NCBI RefSeq assembly: GCF_006345805.1
Contig: NC_043000.1
Coordinates: 111,972,001 to 112,036,000, forward strand
DNA length: 64,000 nt
Direction: 5' to 3'
DNA from: Octopus sinensis
Taxonomy: Eukaryota
The notes beneath the pieces were generated by a model. That model was given only the letters and a program-made list of their open reading frames with translations. It was not told the origin of the DNA and did no database searches. Position numbers and translations under genes: made by a program. This document shows, piece after piece, positions 14,340 to 27,234 of the stretch (positions within the stretch are counted from its first letter, which is position 1; every line of letters starts with the position of its first letter).

Positions 14340-15505
14340 TTAGTGGCCGTAGCCAGTTCCGCATCGACCGGCCTCCGTGCTGTGGGCACGTAACAAACAC
14401 CATCCGATCATGGCGTTCGCCAGCCTCATCTGGCACCTGTGTCGGTGGCACATAAAAACACCTTCCGAAGACCCGGCAAGACTAGTCAGTCACCTGTGCA
14501 TACCTTCCTTCTTCTTGTGACACTTGTGAAGACCGGTGAGGCAAGTGAAAATCAAATCAAATCAAATCAAAATAGACAAAATAGATGAACATCAATGGAA
14601 TTTGTATCTTGTGGTACCAGTGCCTGTGGCACACAAGAAATCCATCAGTGCCGTAGTCAGTGCGGTGGGCACATGACAAACACCATCCGATCGTGGCCGT
14701 TCGCCAGCCTCATCTAGCACCTGTGTCGGTGGCACATAAAAACACCATCCGAAGACCCGGCAAGACTAGTCAGACCATAACCCATGGCCCCTACCTGGGA
14801 CGTAGTCAGTCCACCTGTGCATACCTTCCTTCTTGTGACACTTGTGAAGACCTGTTGAGGCAAGTGAAAATCAAATCAAATCAAAACAAATCAAAATAGA
14901 TGAACATCAATGGAATTTGTATCTTGTGGTACCAGTGCCGGTGGCACGTGGCACATAAGAAAACCATCCGAACGTGGCCGTAGCCAGTACCGCATCGACT
15001 GGCCTCCGTGCTGTGGGCACGTAACAAGCACCATCCGATCGTGGCCGTTTGCCAGCCTCATCTGGCACCTGTGTCGGTGGCACATAAAAAACACCATCCG
15101 AGCGTGGCCGTCTGCCAGCCTCGTCTGGCACCTGTGTCGGTGGCACATAAAAACACCATCCGAGCGTGGCCGTCTGCCAGCCTCGTCTGGCACCTGTGTC
15201 GGTGGCACATAAAAACACCATCGAGCGTGGCGTCTGCCAGCCTCGTCTGGCACCTGTGTCGGTGGCACATAAAAACACCATCCGAGCGTGGCCGTTTGTC
15301 AGCCTCGTCTGGCACCTGTGTCGGTGGCACATAAAATCACCCACTACACTCTCGGAGTGGTTGGCGTTAGGAAGGGCATCCAGCTGTAGAAACACTGCCA
15401 GATCTGACTGGACTGGTGCAGCTTTCGGGCTCCCCAGACCCCAGTTGAACCGTCCAACCCATGCTAGCATGGAAAGCGGACGTTAAATGATGATGATGAT
15501 GATGA
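14340..15505 (+). mobile_element. Modular SINE-like element (family C) with duplicated internal block, 62-bp hairpin-unit array, RTE-type 3' end and (GAT)n tail
   Basis: Blocks start at 14343, 14648 and 14974; five 61-63-bp units at 15041-15340; shared 3' end GGAAGGGCATCCAGCTGTAGAAAC...GGACGTTAAATGATGAT. Confidence 0.85.
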
Positions 15506-15715
15506 TGAATAGACAAAGAATTATATTGGGAAATGTAAGTGAAGATTGGATGAATAACATTGGTGTCATTTAGGATTAAATTGGTTAGGATATAATTTCC
15601 GGCATTCTAAGAAAAAATATTTTGTATTTAAAATGTTAGGTATATATATATAATTAACAGAATGAGATAAAAATCCAAGGCTATGAAAGATTTCAGAACA
15701 TTTATGAAGAGAAGG

Positions 15716-15761
15716 TCTTATAACTGTTTCCGGGATATTTTATATATCCCTTCATCAGAGA
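15716..15761 (-). ncRNA. Degenerate minimal hammerhead motif
   Basis: Minus strand reads TCT CTGATGA A GGGATAT-ataaa-ATATCCC G GAAA CAGTTAT A AGA; perfect 7-bp stem II but damaged stem III. Confidence 0.45.
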
Positions 15762-17695
15762 TGGTGCGAGAAAATGGTTAAGCAATAGTTATTCTAGAGA
15801 AGATATGAAATAGGGAGTGAAGTGGAGGAATGAAAACAGACATGAGATATGCAGAATGGTATATGAGGAGATTCTGGGCACTGACTAAAATGAACTGGTC
15901 AGTCTGTTCTGGAGGACTTTTTGGTTGGGAACTATCATGGATAATTTCCAGATGTTCTTGGCCTGGCAGTGCTACGGGGGGTGGGGGTGAGGGCTACCAG
16001 ATCAAGATAAATTCTACAGGCACAGATGTGCTGTCAGATAGGCTTGTCTGAGGTGCGGAGTAGAGTAACAAAACCATTCTGCATGCACTTGTTCAGCATC
16101 CGGGCTTTGGTGACTTGTGGTGTTATGTCAAACAGTTGCTCTTGCATGTGCGATGGATCCGTCTGTCGACCAAGTCCATAGTAGTGATTGCCCTGCCACT
16201 CTCCTTTAATCAGGCAGGCAAGGCAGCTTTCCTTTGCCTCGTAGCTGTGGTGAAAGAGATTGCTGGTGGACAAGGCTGAAAAGCATGAGGACAGATAATT
16301 TCTTCTTTTGTAGAGCTCTCATTGGCTTCTTCAAGTTTCACTCGAAAAGGAAATTGAGGGTAGAGAAGGAATTGCTGTCTTCGAGTGAGTTTATAGAAAG
16401 GTGTAGTTACAAGTAAAATCAGAATTATAAAAAATAGAATACAAAAGAAGTATGTAAACTGGTTTTTATTAACTGAATTACTTTAAAGATGGGATGATTT
16501 GTGTGCTCGTACTTCAAGACCAAAATTCGCACGAGTCTCGGCTCGTACAGCAAATCATTTGTACAATGAGGCACTCATACTGCGAGGTTCTATTGTATTA
16601 CCATGATGATGATGATGTTGTTGTTTAGCCCCGGTTAGCTGTCATCAATGGACAAACCTATGATTAACAGTATTCTGGCTGTACTCGTCCAGGCTTTTTT
16701 TTTTTATTCAGACATATTGTATCTGAGTCTTCATTCTTTGATGAGACCTTTGTTGTTATTTCGCGACTCTCACAAGGCAGAATTATGATCAAAAGTATTC
16801 CAACAGTGACCAGACAAACTTTTCTTTAGACATATTATATCAAGGATTGCATTTCCAATTTGTTCTTCTTTTTTTAATATAGTGGTTGGGGGTGATTTGA
16901 TAGAAATTTGTCTGCTATTTAATAAATGTGCAGCCAACTCGTTTTTACAATATTGTTTGTTTGTTTTTACCAATTGAGATGTTGACGGGTGTGAGAGTTA
17001 TCTCCCCTGAGCAATTTTTCTTCTGGAGTAGATCTCACGTCTCAATAGTCAGAACTTTAAAATATTTTGTGTACGTGACCTTTCCACCACCACCACCAGT
17101 CAAGTAGCAGTGGTTGTTGGTATCGCCAAGGCCTTCCTCCCCGCAAAATTGCTGGCCTTGTACTTGTGCCTAAACCAGAAACCATTATCAACTCTTTAGT
17201 ATTTAATCTGGTCATATCCGGCCACCACCACCACCATCATCATCATCTTCGTTGTCATTTTTCCCACTCTGTCAAAAATAGGTGCATGTACACACACCTC
17301 TTATTTGTTTTGTTCATTAGACTGTGGCCATGCTGGGGCACCATGTTGAAGGGTTTAGTTGGCCAGACCCACGCCGGTACTTATTATTATTATTATTTTT
17401 GAAGTCTGGTATTCTATTCTACGAAACTGTTAAGTTATGAGGACATATACAAACCAACATCGGATGTCAAATGGTAGGGGGACAAACACAGAGACAAAGG
17501 CACACACACATACATATGATGGGCTTCCCCACAGTTTCCATCTGCCTAGTTTGCTCACAAATAATTCATCACAAGACACTTGTCCCAGGTGCTGCACTGT
17601 GGAACTGAACACAAAACCATGGCGTTGGGAAGCAAGCTTCATATGCACACAGCCATGCCTGCATCTATGTATATACATCGATATGTACATGCATG

Positions 17696-17738
<43 letters not shown>

Positions 17739-18519
17739 TCATTCTGTCACTTACGACAATGAAGATTCCAGTTGATCTGATCAATGGAACAGCCTGCTCG
17801 TGAAATTAACGTGCAAGTGGCTGAGCACTCCACAGACCCTTAACGTAGTTCTTAGGGAGAAATTCAATGCAACACAGAATATGACAAGGCTGGCCCCCTT
17901 TGAATTACAGGTACTACTTATTTTTGCCAGCAGAGTGTATTGGAGCAATGTGAAATAGTCTTGCTCAAGGGCACAAGGCGCCAGCAGGAATCAAACTCAT
18001 AACCTTACAATTGTAGGGAGCCAAATACCCCTAACCACACACCTTCACACATACACACACACACACACACAAACACACATAAACACACACAAACGCACAC
18101 CACACACACACACAAAACACACATACACACACAAACGCACACACACACACAAACACACACAAACACACACACATGTACTTTTAGGTATAATACAACAGAA
18201 AGGTAGTCCCTAAATAACTTCACATGGCCCCAGCCACAGGGGCTTCATTGTGCTATAACTCTCTACTGCATATGGATTATATTAAATTAATCCTCCAGTT
18301 TTTCCCTAATCTACTAAATTGATTTCATTTCTGGGAGTTTTATGTTCTTTTGTTCAACATTTATGAATGTTGTGTGTGTCTGTGCCTATGTATATGTGTG
18401 TGTATTTAAAATGGATGTGTAGTTTGTATGTTTGTGTGTTGTATATTTTTAGTGGTATGTGTTTAAGTGTGTGAAGGCCTCTATATGTAGAGACATTCAC
18501 AAACTTAAACACATACCAC

Positions 18520-18805
18520 TGTCTGTCTGTTCGTCTGTCCGTGTGTTTGTCTATCTGTCTGTTTGTCCGTCTGTTCATCCATCCATCCATCCATCCATCC
18601 GTCTGTCTGTTTGTCTGTCTGTCTATCTATCTATTTATCTATATGTCTGTTCGTCCATCCATCCATCCATCTATCTATCTGTCTGTCTGTCTGTCTATCT
18701 ATCTATTTATCTATCTGTCTGTTCGTCCATCTGTCCATCCATCCATCCATCCATCTATCTATCCATCTGTCTGTCTGTCTGTCTATCTATCTATGTCTAT
18801 CTACC
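18520..18805. repeat. Compound (TCTG)/(TCCA)/(TCTA)n microsatellite with a larger repeated block
   Basis: ctatctatctatttatctat(a/c)tgtctgttcgtccatc recurs about 65 nt apart. Confidence 0.85.
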
Positions 18806-19655
18806 TAGGAACAAAGGGATGACACAGGAAAAACCAAACGCCATGCAATGAACTCCATTAGCTTACAGCTGTTTCTGCTGTAGGATGCAGTGGACTCTTA
18901 GATGAGTGTGCCTGGATAACATCCTATAGCTTCATTGGAGCCTTGAATATGAAGTGCACTTAATTTGGGAAAATTACATTTTTGGAATGTAGACGTTATG
19001 AGTGAGAAAGTCTATGTTGACGCCTATCGAAAAGGAATTCAATTACTATTTTGGACGATGTAGTTGACATTTCTGTATCCAAACTTATCAGAAGAAAGAA
19101 TTGAGGAACCAGGGTATATAGATATATATGCATAGAACATATACTTTTTTACTCTTTTATTTGTTTCAGTCAAATGAAACCACCTTTACTCGAGCAAATC
19201 GACCCCAGGACTTATTCTTTGTAAGCCTAGTACTTATTCTATCGGTCTATTTTGCCGAACTGCTAAGTTACGGGGATGTAAATACACCAGCATTGATTGT
19301 CAAGCGATGTTGGGCGAACAAACATACACACACACATATATATATATACGATGGGCTTCTTTCAGTTTCCGTCTACCAAATCCACTCATAAGGCTTTGGT
19401 CGGCCCGAGGCTGTAGTAGAAGACACTTGCCCAAGGTGCCATGCAGTGGGACTTAACCTGGAACCATGTGGTTGGTAAGCAAGCTTCTTACCACACAGCC
19501 ACATATGAGTTGTAATAAAGCATTTCTAAAACTATTTCTGGTTTTTCCAGATGTCATCCATTAATGTTGCACTGGAATTCCAGATTGAATAAATACAAAA
19601 CGTATTTTATTACAACAGTATTATGTCCTTGACTAGGATAAAAACAACTGGCACA

Positions 19656-19687
<32 letters not shown>

Positions 19688-21362
19688 TAATAATAATAAT
19701 GATAATAATAATAATAACAGTAGTGACAATAATAGTGACACCAACAACAAGCTACTGAAATGTTGACAATGTTGTTGTTATGCCTTGTTTTGCAAAACAG
19801 GAAGTACATAGACACTCTCACTCAAGAAGTATGTGTGTGTAGGTTTGTGTGTGCATGTGTGTGTGTGTGTGTGTATAAGTATTTATAATACAACAAAAAA
19901 GGCCTCTCCCAGATAACTTGACCTGCTAAAAGTAGCTGTCAAATCTCATTCATATAACAAGTGGTGACTTTTTCAAAAAGGACACACACATTGGATTATG
20001 TAGTTTTTATGGAGATTATCTCTAAAGAAAGACTGGATGATCTCTACTGGATTAGATGAGAGCTAAACAATAACGACACCACATTAATAAAAATAATAAT
20101 AGACTGGTGCCAATCAAGAGGAATGTTTATCTTTCATTATCATAACAGCATAAAACCAAACCTAATTCTAGGCCCTTAAGTGCCTCACTTTCATGTTACA
20201 TTACATTTACTATTTCCTAGTATCATTAGTTTTCTCAGCTCTTGCTGTTTCATTATACTATATTAATAAGGTGGCTAGCTGGCAGAAATGTTAGCATGCC
20301 AGGCGAAATACTTAGTGGCATTTCATCTGTCTTTACATTCTGAGTTCAAATTCCGCCAACGTCGACTTTGCCTTTTATCCTTCCAGAGTCGATAATTTAA
20401 GTACCAGTTGCGTACTGGAGTCGATCTAATCGACTGGCCCCCTCCCCAAAATTTCGAGCCTTGTGCCTAGAATTGAAAAGAATATTCCTAGGTTGAAGGT
20501 GGCGAGCTGGCAGAAACGTTAGCACACCGGGTAAAATGCTTAGCAGTATGTTCTGAGTTCAAATTTTGCCACGGTCGACTTTACCTTTCATCCTTTCAGG
20601 GTTGATAAATTAAGTACCAGTGGCATACTGGAGTTGATCTAATCAACTGCCCCCCCCCAATTTTCGGGCCTTGTGCCTAGAATAGAAAAGATTATATTAT
20701 ATTTATACAGGGGAATGAGAGAGCTTCTATGTGGTCATGCAATAAGCTAGAAATAACAGCATGGCCTGTGCCTCCCCATAATTTACCACAAAACAAAGGA
20801 ATGTTTGATACTAGAATTATTTCTCTGTATTCATACCGTTTCTGGTGAAGGCAAAAGGCCTTGCGGTTAGGCTGTTGCATTCATGATCACAAGATAGTGG
20901 TTTCAGTCCCAAGAGAGGGCACTGCATTGTGTTCTTGAGCAAAACTCTTCATTTTCACATTGTTCCCATGACACTTGGTTGAAATGAGTAACGCTGAAGT
21001 GGACTAACATCCCATCCGGGGGGGATGTTGTCATCTCACTCTCTTACAGGCCATGGAAACCAAGTAGCCAGCCTCATGAGTCAGGAGAGTCATGACAAAA
21101 GTGTCAAGGAGTTGATGATGATGTTGATTGTGATGTTGGTGAATGTATCATTACTGGTGGTAACTAACAACACAGGAGCTCCAAACCAAACCAAACCAGA
21201 TTAAACCAGACCAGACCAGATCAGATGAAATTAAATTTGTTATTGTTCTTTTTTATGTATCTTTTGTTTTTATTCTGTTTTGTTTTCTTGTTTATTTTAT
21301 CTGGTTTCATTTCTCCATCTTCTTGTAGTTTTGGGAGGTTCTGAGATTTTCCCACTTCAAAG

Positions 21363-21528
21363 ATGAGTGACCTCAGCGACAGTGACTCGCAGGATGATGA
21401 AACACACAGAATTATATCGAATAATGAGAAACTGCTGCAAGCTTCCCGCAATGGTGATATTGATGCGGTGAAATTGTTGATTGTAGAATTGAATGATGGA
21501 AAAATTGAGATGGATCTTAACTGTAAAG
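21363..21528 (+). CDS. OSBPL1A: OSBPL1A/ORP1L orthologue, coding exon 1 (MSDLSDSDSQDD...DLNCK-G)
   Basis: ATG at 21363, GTATGT donor at 21529, phase 1. Translation EKLLQASRNGDIDAVKLL...DLNCKG matches the ORP1L N-terminus as I recall it (QQLLHHARNGNAEEVRQLL...DINCKG). A pyrimidine-rich acceptor at 21327-21328 implies an upstream non-coding exon. Confidence 0.9.
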
Positions 21529-24467
21529 GTATGTACACCTTGTACTAACAAGGAAGCAACAAAAAAACAGTGCATAAGCCATTTGTGTATCCTAACAGTT
21601 ATGCTTTCATTCAATTGCACCAGAAAAATTAGCTGTCTCCTCCCTCTTTCGTTTCTGAACTTATCATTTTTCCTTAAAGTTGGTCTGCCTTGTACTGCCA
21701 ACAATTCAGAAACCCTGCTCCATTCAACACTTCACTTCTTGTCACTTGTAGTAGCCACCCCACTTCCACCAGCCCTGCACTTATCACTATGGTTAATCCT
21801 TCCTCCCCAGAATATTTTTCCCGCTGGAATCTGTGACCAGTTCATATCTGTCCTGCAGTTATTGAATCACAATTGTTTAAACAAACCATTAACCTTAATG
21901 GTCTCACGAGTCTCTGAAAACCTGCAGAGGTCAAAGTTCAAAGCCTATTTTTTTCCCTTCTTCTAAATTCAGCTTTTAAAAAGAAAAAAAAATGATGTTT
22001 TGCTTTTAACAATCAAGTGGTGTGGCTATGTGTGTGTATTTGTTTCCTACCACCACTGGGCAACTGGTGTTGGTTTGTTTTTCTCCTCATAACTTAGTGG
22101 TTTGGCAATAAGTACCAAACTTTAAAAAAATATGTATACTTGATCAAGTAAATCTTTCAAGGTAGTGCTCCAGCCTGACCACAGTCCAATACTTGAAATA
22201 AATCAAACAGTAAAAAGTGAAAGAAGATATAGACGCAGGAGTGGCTGCGTGGTAAGTAGCTTGCTTACCAACCACATGGTCCCGGGTTCAGTCCCACTGC
22301 ATAGCACCTTGGGCAAGTGTCTTCTACTATAGCCTCAGGCTGACCAAAGCCTTGTGAGTGGATTTGGTAGACGGAAACTGAAGGAAGCCCGTCCTGTATA
22401 TATGTATGTATATATATATATGTACTTGTGTGTCTGTCCCCCCAACATCGCTTGACAACTGATGGTGGTGTGTTTACATCCCCATAACTTAGTGGTTCAG
22501 CAAAAGAGACCGATAGAATAAGTACTAGGCTTACAAAGAATAAGTCCTGGGGTCGATTTGCTTGACTAAAGGCCGTGCTCCAGCATGGCACAGTCAAATG
22601 ACTGAAACAAATAAAAGCGTATAAGTCATTATGGTTAATCTGCAAAATAGTGATGATTTATTCTGGAAAAGTGTCAAGATATATATATAAAAATAACATA
22701 AATAGCACAAATAAGATTATGAGGCCAAGAGGTGACAAAACAAACAATAAACAATTAATATGTGGAGTCTGACAAGTAAAAGCATGTGTCTGAAAAAGCA
22801 TAGAAATATAAAGCAAAATACAACAATCAAAGAAGTGTACAAAGAAAACAAAATACAGCAAGAGAAAAAAAACAGAAGTGAATTTGTTGCTTTGGGTTAT
22901 ACACTTTTTGAAAGAGAAGAGAAAGTATTAAGAGAAAAAAAAAACTGTGTGATACTGAATATAAAGTGTTAGTTTACAAGGCGGACCTGCTAAATTATCA
23001 AGTGTTGATGGCCTTGAGGAGTGGTTAAAAACGTCATTATTATTAGTTAGGATGGCATCGGTCATCCTTCAATGCAATGAGCTGGCAGAAACATTAGCAT
23101 GCCAGGCAAAACGCTTAGAGACATTTTTCGTCCATCTTTATATTCTGTGATTGAATTTACCTTTCATTGTTTTGGGATCAATAACATAAATCCCAGTTGA
23201 AAATTGGGGTTGCTGTTATCAACTGACACCCTTCTTGAAATTGTTGGTCTTGTGCTAAAATTTGAAACCATTAGCTGTGCTGGTGGCACATAAAAAATAC
23301 CATCAGAGCGTGGCAGTTGCCAGTACCGCTTGACTGGCCCCCGTGCCGGTGGCACGTAAAAAGCACCCACTACGCTCTCGGAGTGGTTGGTGTTAGGAAG
23401 GGCATCCAGCTGTAGAAACTCTGCCAGATCAGATTGGAGTCTGGTGCAGCCATCTGGTTCGCCAGACCTCAGTCAAAATCGTCCAACCCATGCTAGCATG
23501 GAAAGCGGACGTTAAACGATGATGATAATGATGATGATGATATTATTACTTAGTGTTTAAAAGTTACTGATTTAAATCTAGTCTAGACTCGACATAATCA
23601 CCATTTAACATTTGTCTTCCATGCTGGCATGGGTTGGACAGTTAGAGAGGAGCTGGGTGAACCAGAGAACTACATCAGGCTCAACTGTCCGCTTTGGCAT
23701 GGTTTCTACAGCTGGATGCCCTTCCTAATGGCAACCACTTCATAGAGTGTACTGAGTGCTTTGCACGTGGCACCTAAGTATATTTACACAGGAATAAGAC
23801 ACCTGATGCTTATTATTCGTATCAAACCAATTAAAGGTAGTACAGGTATGAGCATTTTACAATCCATTTTATCTCTAAAAATGAGAATAATTACCTGAAA
23901 AATTATAATTTTAATTAATGACAGAAATATTTAATCTTGGACATGTTTTCATCTTTTGCTTGACTGTGGCCATGCTGGGGTACTGCCCTGAACAAATTGC
24001 CCCTCAGGACTCATGTTTTGTCTAAGTGTGGTACCTCTTCTATCACTCTCTTTTGTCGAACTGCTAAGTTACAGGGACATAAGCAAGCAGCACTCGTTGG
24101 CAAATGGTAATGGCGGTGATGGGGAGTGAGAATACATACACACCCATACACACGTGTGCGCACACACACACGCATGCACACACACACACGTGATGGGCTT
24201 TCACACAGTTCCTGTCTACCAAATTTATTCACCAGACACTTGTTGGTGTGAAGACATTCACCAAAGCTTCCACACAGTGGGATTGAACTCAAAACCATTT
24301 AGTTGCAAAGCAAGCTCCTTAACCACACAGCTATTCCTCTTCACATTCACCATTTACCAATTTATCTAAATTCTTAATTTGTGTATACTATTTTCTTTTT
24401 CGTTTTTCTTGTATTTACATTGTTGTTTATTTTTATACATATTCCACCCTACCCTCTTCTGTTGCAG

Positions 24468-24553
24468 GTACGCGAAGATCGAACCGGGGCTGGTCACCAT
24501 TACATCTTGCCGCTTACTTTGGACACACGGAGGTTGTCAAACAACTTTTAGAG
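24468..24553 (+). CDS. OSBPL1A: OSBPL1A exon 2, ankyrin repeat (GTRRSNRGWSPLHLAAYFGHTEVVKQLLE)
   Basis: ttgcag acceptor, gtaaac donor, phase 1 to 0; canonical ankyrin GWSPLHLAA. Confidence 0.95.
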
Positions 24554-24569
24554 GTAAACACTCTGACAC

Positions 24570-25040
24570 TCTCCTCTTCCTCCCCTACTACTACTGCTGC
24601 TGCTGCTACTACTACTACTCCACTACCACTTCCCCTTCTCCCCTACCTCCCCTCATCTCTTCTGCCTCCATCCTCCTCTGCTTCTTTCTCCTCCTCCCCT
24701 CCTATCCTTTCACTTCTTCCTCTCTCCTTCCTCTTCATCTTCCTCTATGTCTCCTCGACTTCCTCTCCTTTCGCCTTTCCTCCTCTTCGTCTTCCTTCTC
24801 TCCCTCTTCTCCTCCTTCCTCTTTTTCCTCACTTCCTCATCCTCTTTTCTCTTTGTCCTCCATCTTTCCTCCTCTTCTTTTATCCTTCCTCCTCTTCCTT
24901 TATCCTTCCTCCATCCTTCCTCCTCTTCCTCTATCCTTCCTCCATCTTCCTCTTCCCCCTTTCTCCCTCTTCCTCCCCTCTCCCACTTCCTTCTCTCTTC
25001 TCCCTCTTCCCTTCTTCCTCCTCTTTTGTTCCAGATTATT
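24570..25040. repeat. About 470-bp homopyrimidine-rich (CCT/CTT) tract
   Basis: Direct reading; source of spurious Ser/Leu/Pro and Glu/Arg ORFs. Confidence 0.9.
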
Positions 25041-26266
25041 TTCAACTACCACAGTCCACTCAGTTGTAAATAGGTTTCATCAATAAGCACAATTTATCAT
25101 CATCGTTGTTTAACGTCTGCCTTCCATGCTGGCATGGGTTGGATGGTTTGACAGCAGAGGCCTGCACCAGACTTCTGTAACTGTCTTGGCAGGATTTTTA
25201 CATCTGGATGCCCTTCCAAATGCCAACCACCCAGCAGAATGGACTGTAAGTAAGAGCTTTACTTGACTGTAAGTAAGGGCCGCAGTGACATGAAACAATT
25301 AGTTTTATTCTTTTTATGTGTTTACTGACTCTACAAGAAGAAGAAGAAAATATAAACCAAATTTGCTGTGATTCATCATCATCGTTGTCGTTTAATGTCC
25401 ACTTTCCATGCTGGCATGGGTTGGATGGCTTGACTGAGGTCTGGAGATCCAGCGGCTGCACCAAGCTCTGATTTGATCTGGCAAGGTTTCTACGGCTGGA
25501 TGCCCTTCCTAACACCAACCACTCCAAGAGTGTAGTGGGTGCATTTTACATGCCACCAGCAGGAGGGCCAGTCAGGCAGTACTGGCATCGGTCATGCTTG
25601 AATGGTGCTTTTCACGCGCCACCGGTCAGGTGGTACTAAGAGATCAATATTTATGTCTCTTCTAAGGCGGTGGAGCTGGCAGAATCATTAGCTTGCTGGG
25701 GAAAATGCTTAGCAACATTTCATCCAGCCTTACACCTTGAGTTTAACTCTGTCAAGGTACATTTTGCCTTTCATCCTGTCAGAGTTGATAAAATACAAGT
25801 TGAGCAGTGGTGGTGGTGGTGGTGGTGATGGTGATGTAATCAACTCACCCCCTCCCCCGAAATTGCTGGCCTTGTGCCTTAGTCCATGCCAGTGCTGCCT
25901 GACTGGCTCCCATGCCTGTGGCATGTAAAAAGCTCCATTCAAGTATGGTCGATACCAGTGTTGCCTGACTGGCTCTCATGCCTGTAGCATGTAAAATGCA
26001 CCCACTACACTCTTGGAGTGGTTGGTGTTAGGAAGGGCATCCTGCTGTAGAAACCTTGCCAGATCAGACTTGAGCCTGGTGCATCCGCTGGCTCTCCAGA
26101 CCTCAGTCAAACCGTCCAAGCCATGCTAGCATGGAAAGTGGACGTTAGACGCTGCCACCTCCGCCGCTGCCGTTGCCACCGCTGATGATGATGAAGGTGG
26201 TGGTGGTTGTGATGATATTTCTCTCTCTTTTAACTAATTCTTCCTTTATATCCATCAATATTCCAG

Positions 26267-26341
26267 GCTGGTGCCAACTTTGATATCCAGAATGACATGG
26301 GAGACACACCATTACACCGAGCTGCCTACACTTCACGAGAG
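26267..26341 (+). CDS. OSBPL1A: OSBPL1A exon 3, ankyrin repeat (AGANFDIQNDMGDTPLHRAAYTSRE)
   Basis: ttccag acceptor, gtacgt donor, 75 nt, phase 0 to 0; NDMGDTPLHRAA as in ORP1L. Confidence 0.95.
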
Positions 26342-27076
26342 GTACGTTCCATTGTTGCTGCATTAAATCTATTCACTGTTGTTGTTGTTGTTGTTTAACC
26401 CCAGGCATGCCCTGTTTGACCACACCTGTCTTTTAAACATGACTTTATCCCTTATTTCTGTATGTTTTATGTGTTTTTTTAAGATGGTATGTGCAGATTG
26501 AAGGAATTTAACTGTTATTTCTAACAGATTTAGCAACTGCACAGAGACTCTCTCAATGGCACAAACTATCTGTATGGATGTATGTGTGTGTGTCTATACA
26601 TGGTGTGTTATGGCTTGTGAGGATAAAATAAACAAAAAAAAATCCTACCATACTCACAGAAAAATGTTACAAGGCACAGGTGGTGCTGTGTGGTAAGAAG
26701 TTTGCTTACCAACCACATGGTTCTGGGTTCAGTCCCACTGCATGGCACCTTGGGCAAGTGTCTTCTATTATAGCCTCAGGCTGACCAAAGCCTTGTAAGT
26801 GGATTTGGTAGACAGAAAGGTGTTGGTGTGTTTACTTCCCTATGACTTAGCAGTTCAGCAAAGGAAACTGATAGAATAAGTACCAGGCTTAAAAAAATAA
26901 AAACGGGTCAATTCATTCAGCTGAAATTCTTCAAGGGTGTGCCCCAGTGAAAGGTAAAAGCTGAAGATATATATATATATATTGGTAAAAATGGTAAGGT
27001 AACAAAAGAAAGAGACCTCAATATTATGTAAATAGAGGAATTTATCTGTAAATATAATATGTGACAATTATTTGGT

Positions 27077-27144
27077 AGCCAAGATAAAACTCCGAGTTTC
27101 GGATGCCGGGGTGGAAATCCATGCCACCATCTCTTCAGTCATCC
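27077..27144 (-). ncRNA. Putative type I hammerhead ribozyme (antisense mirror copy)
   Basis: Reverse-complement arm of the palindrome; same core; stem I GGATGA/TTATCT pairs with two G-U wobbles. Confidence 0.6.
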
Positions 27145-27166
27145 GGCCATCGGATAACTGATGGCC

Positions 27167-27234
27167 AGATAACTGAAGAGATGGTGGCGTGGATTTCCAC
27201 CTCGGCATCCGAAACTCGGAGTTTTATCTTGGCT
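27167..27234 (+). ncRNA. Putative type I hammerhead ribozyme (sense strand, intron 3)
   Basis: Stem I AGATAA/TTATCT plus bulge and 4 more bp; core CTGAAGA 27173-27179; stem II; GAAA 27211-27214; stem III AC-TCGGA-GT; GUU triplet with cleavage predicted after 27223. Confidence 0.7.

Noticed and set aside
15041-15104. Resemblance of the unit (GGCCG..CCAGCCTCGTCTGGC..) to the HDV genomic ribozyme P3/L3 region
   Set aside because: I could not find the P1, P2 or J4/2 partners needed for the double pseudoknot; similarity is explained by a simple hairpin.
15041-15340. CRISPR-like array of 62-bp repeats
   Set aside because: Units are contiguous with no unique spacers, lie inside a dispersed SINE-like family, and there are no cas genes in this eukaryotic context.
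16770-16973. 67-aa minus-strand ORF of normal composition
   Set aside because: No recognisable domain or splice context; may be a decayed transposon but cannot be supported.
24379-25086. 235-aa ORF
   Set aside because: Overlaps exon 2 in another frame and is otherwise a pyrimidine tract.
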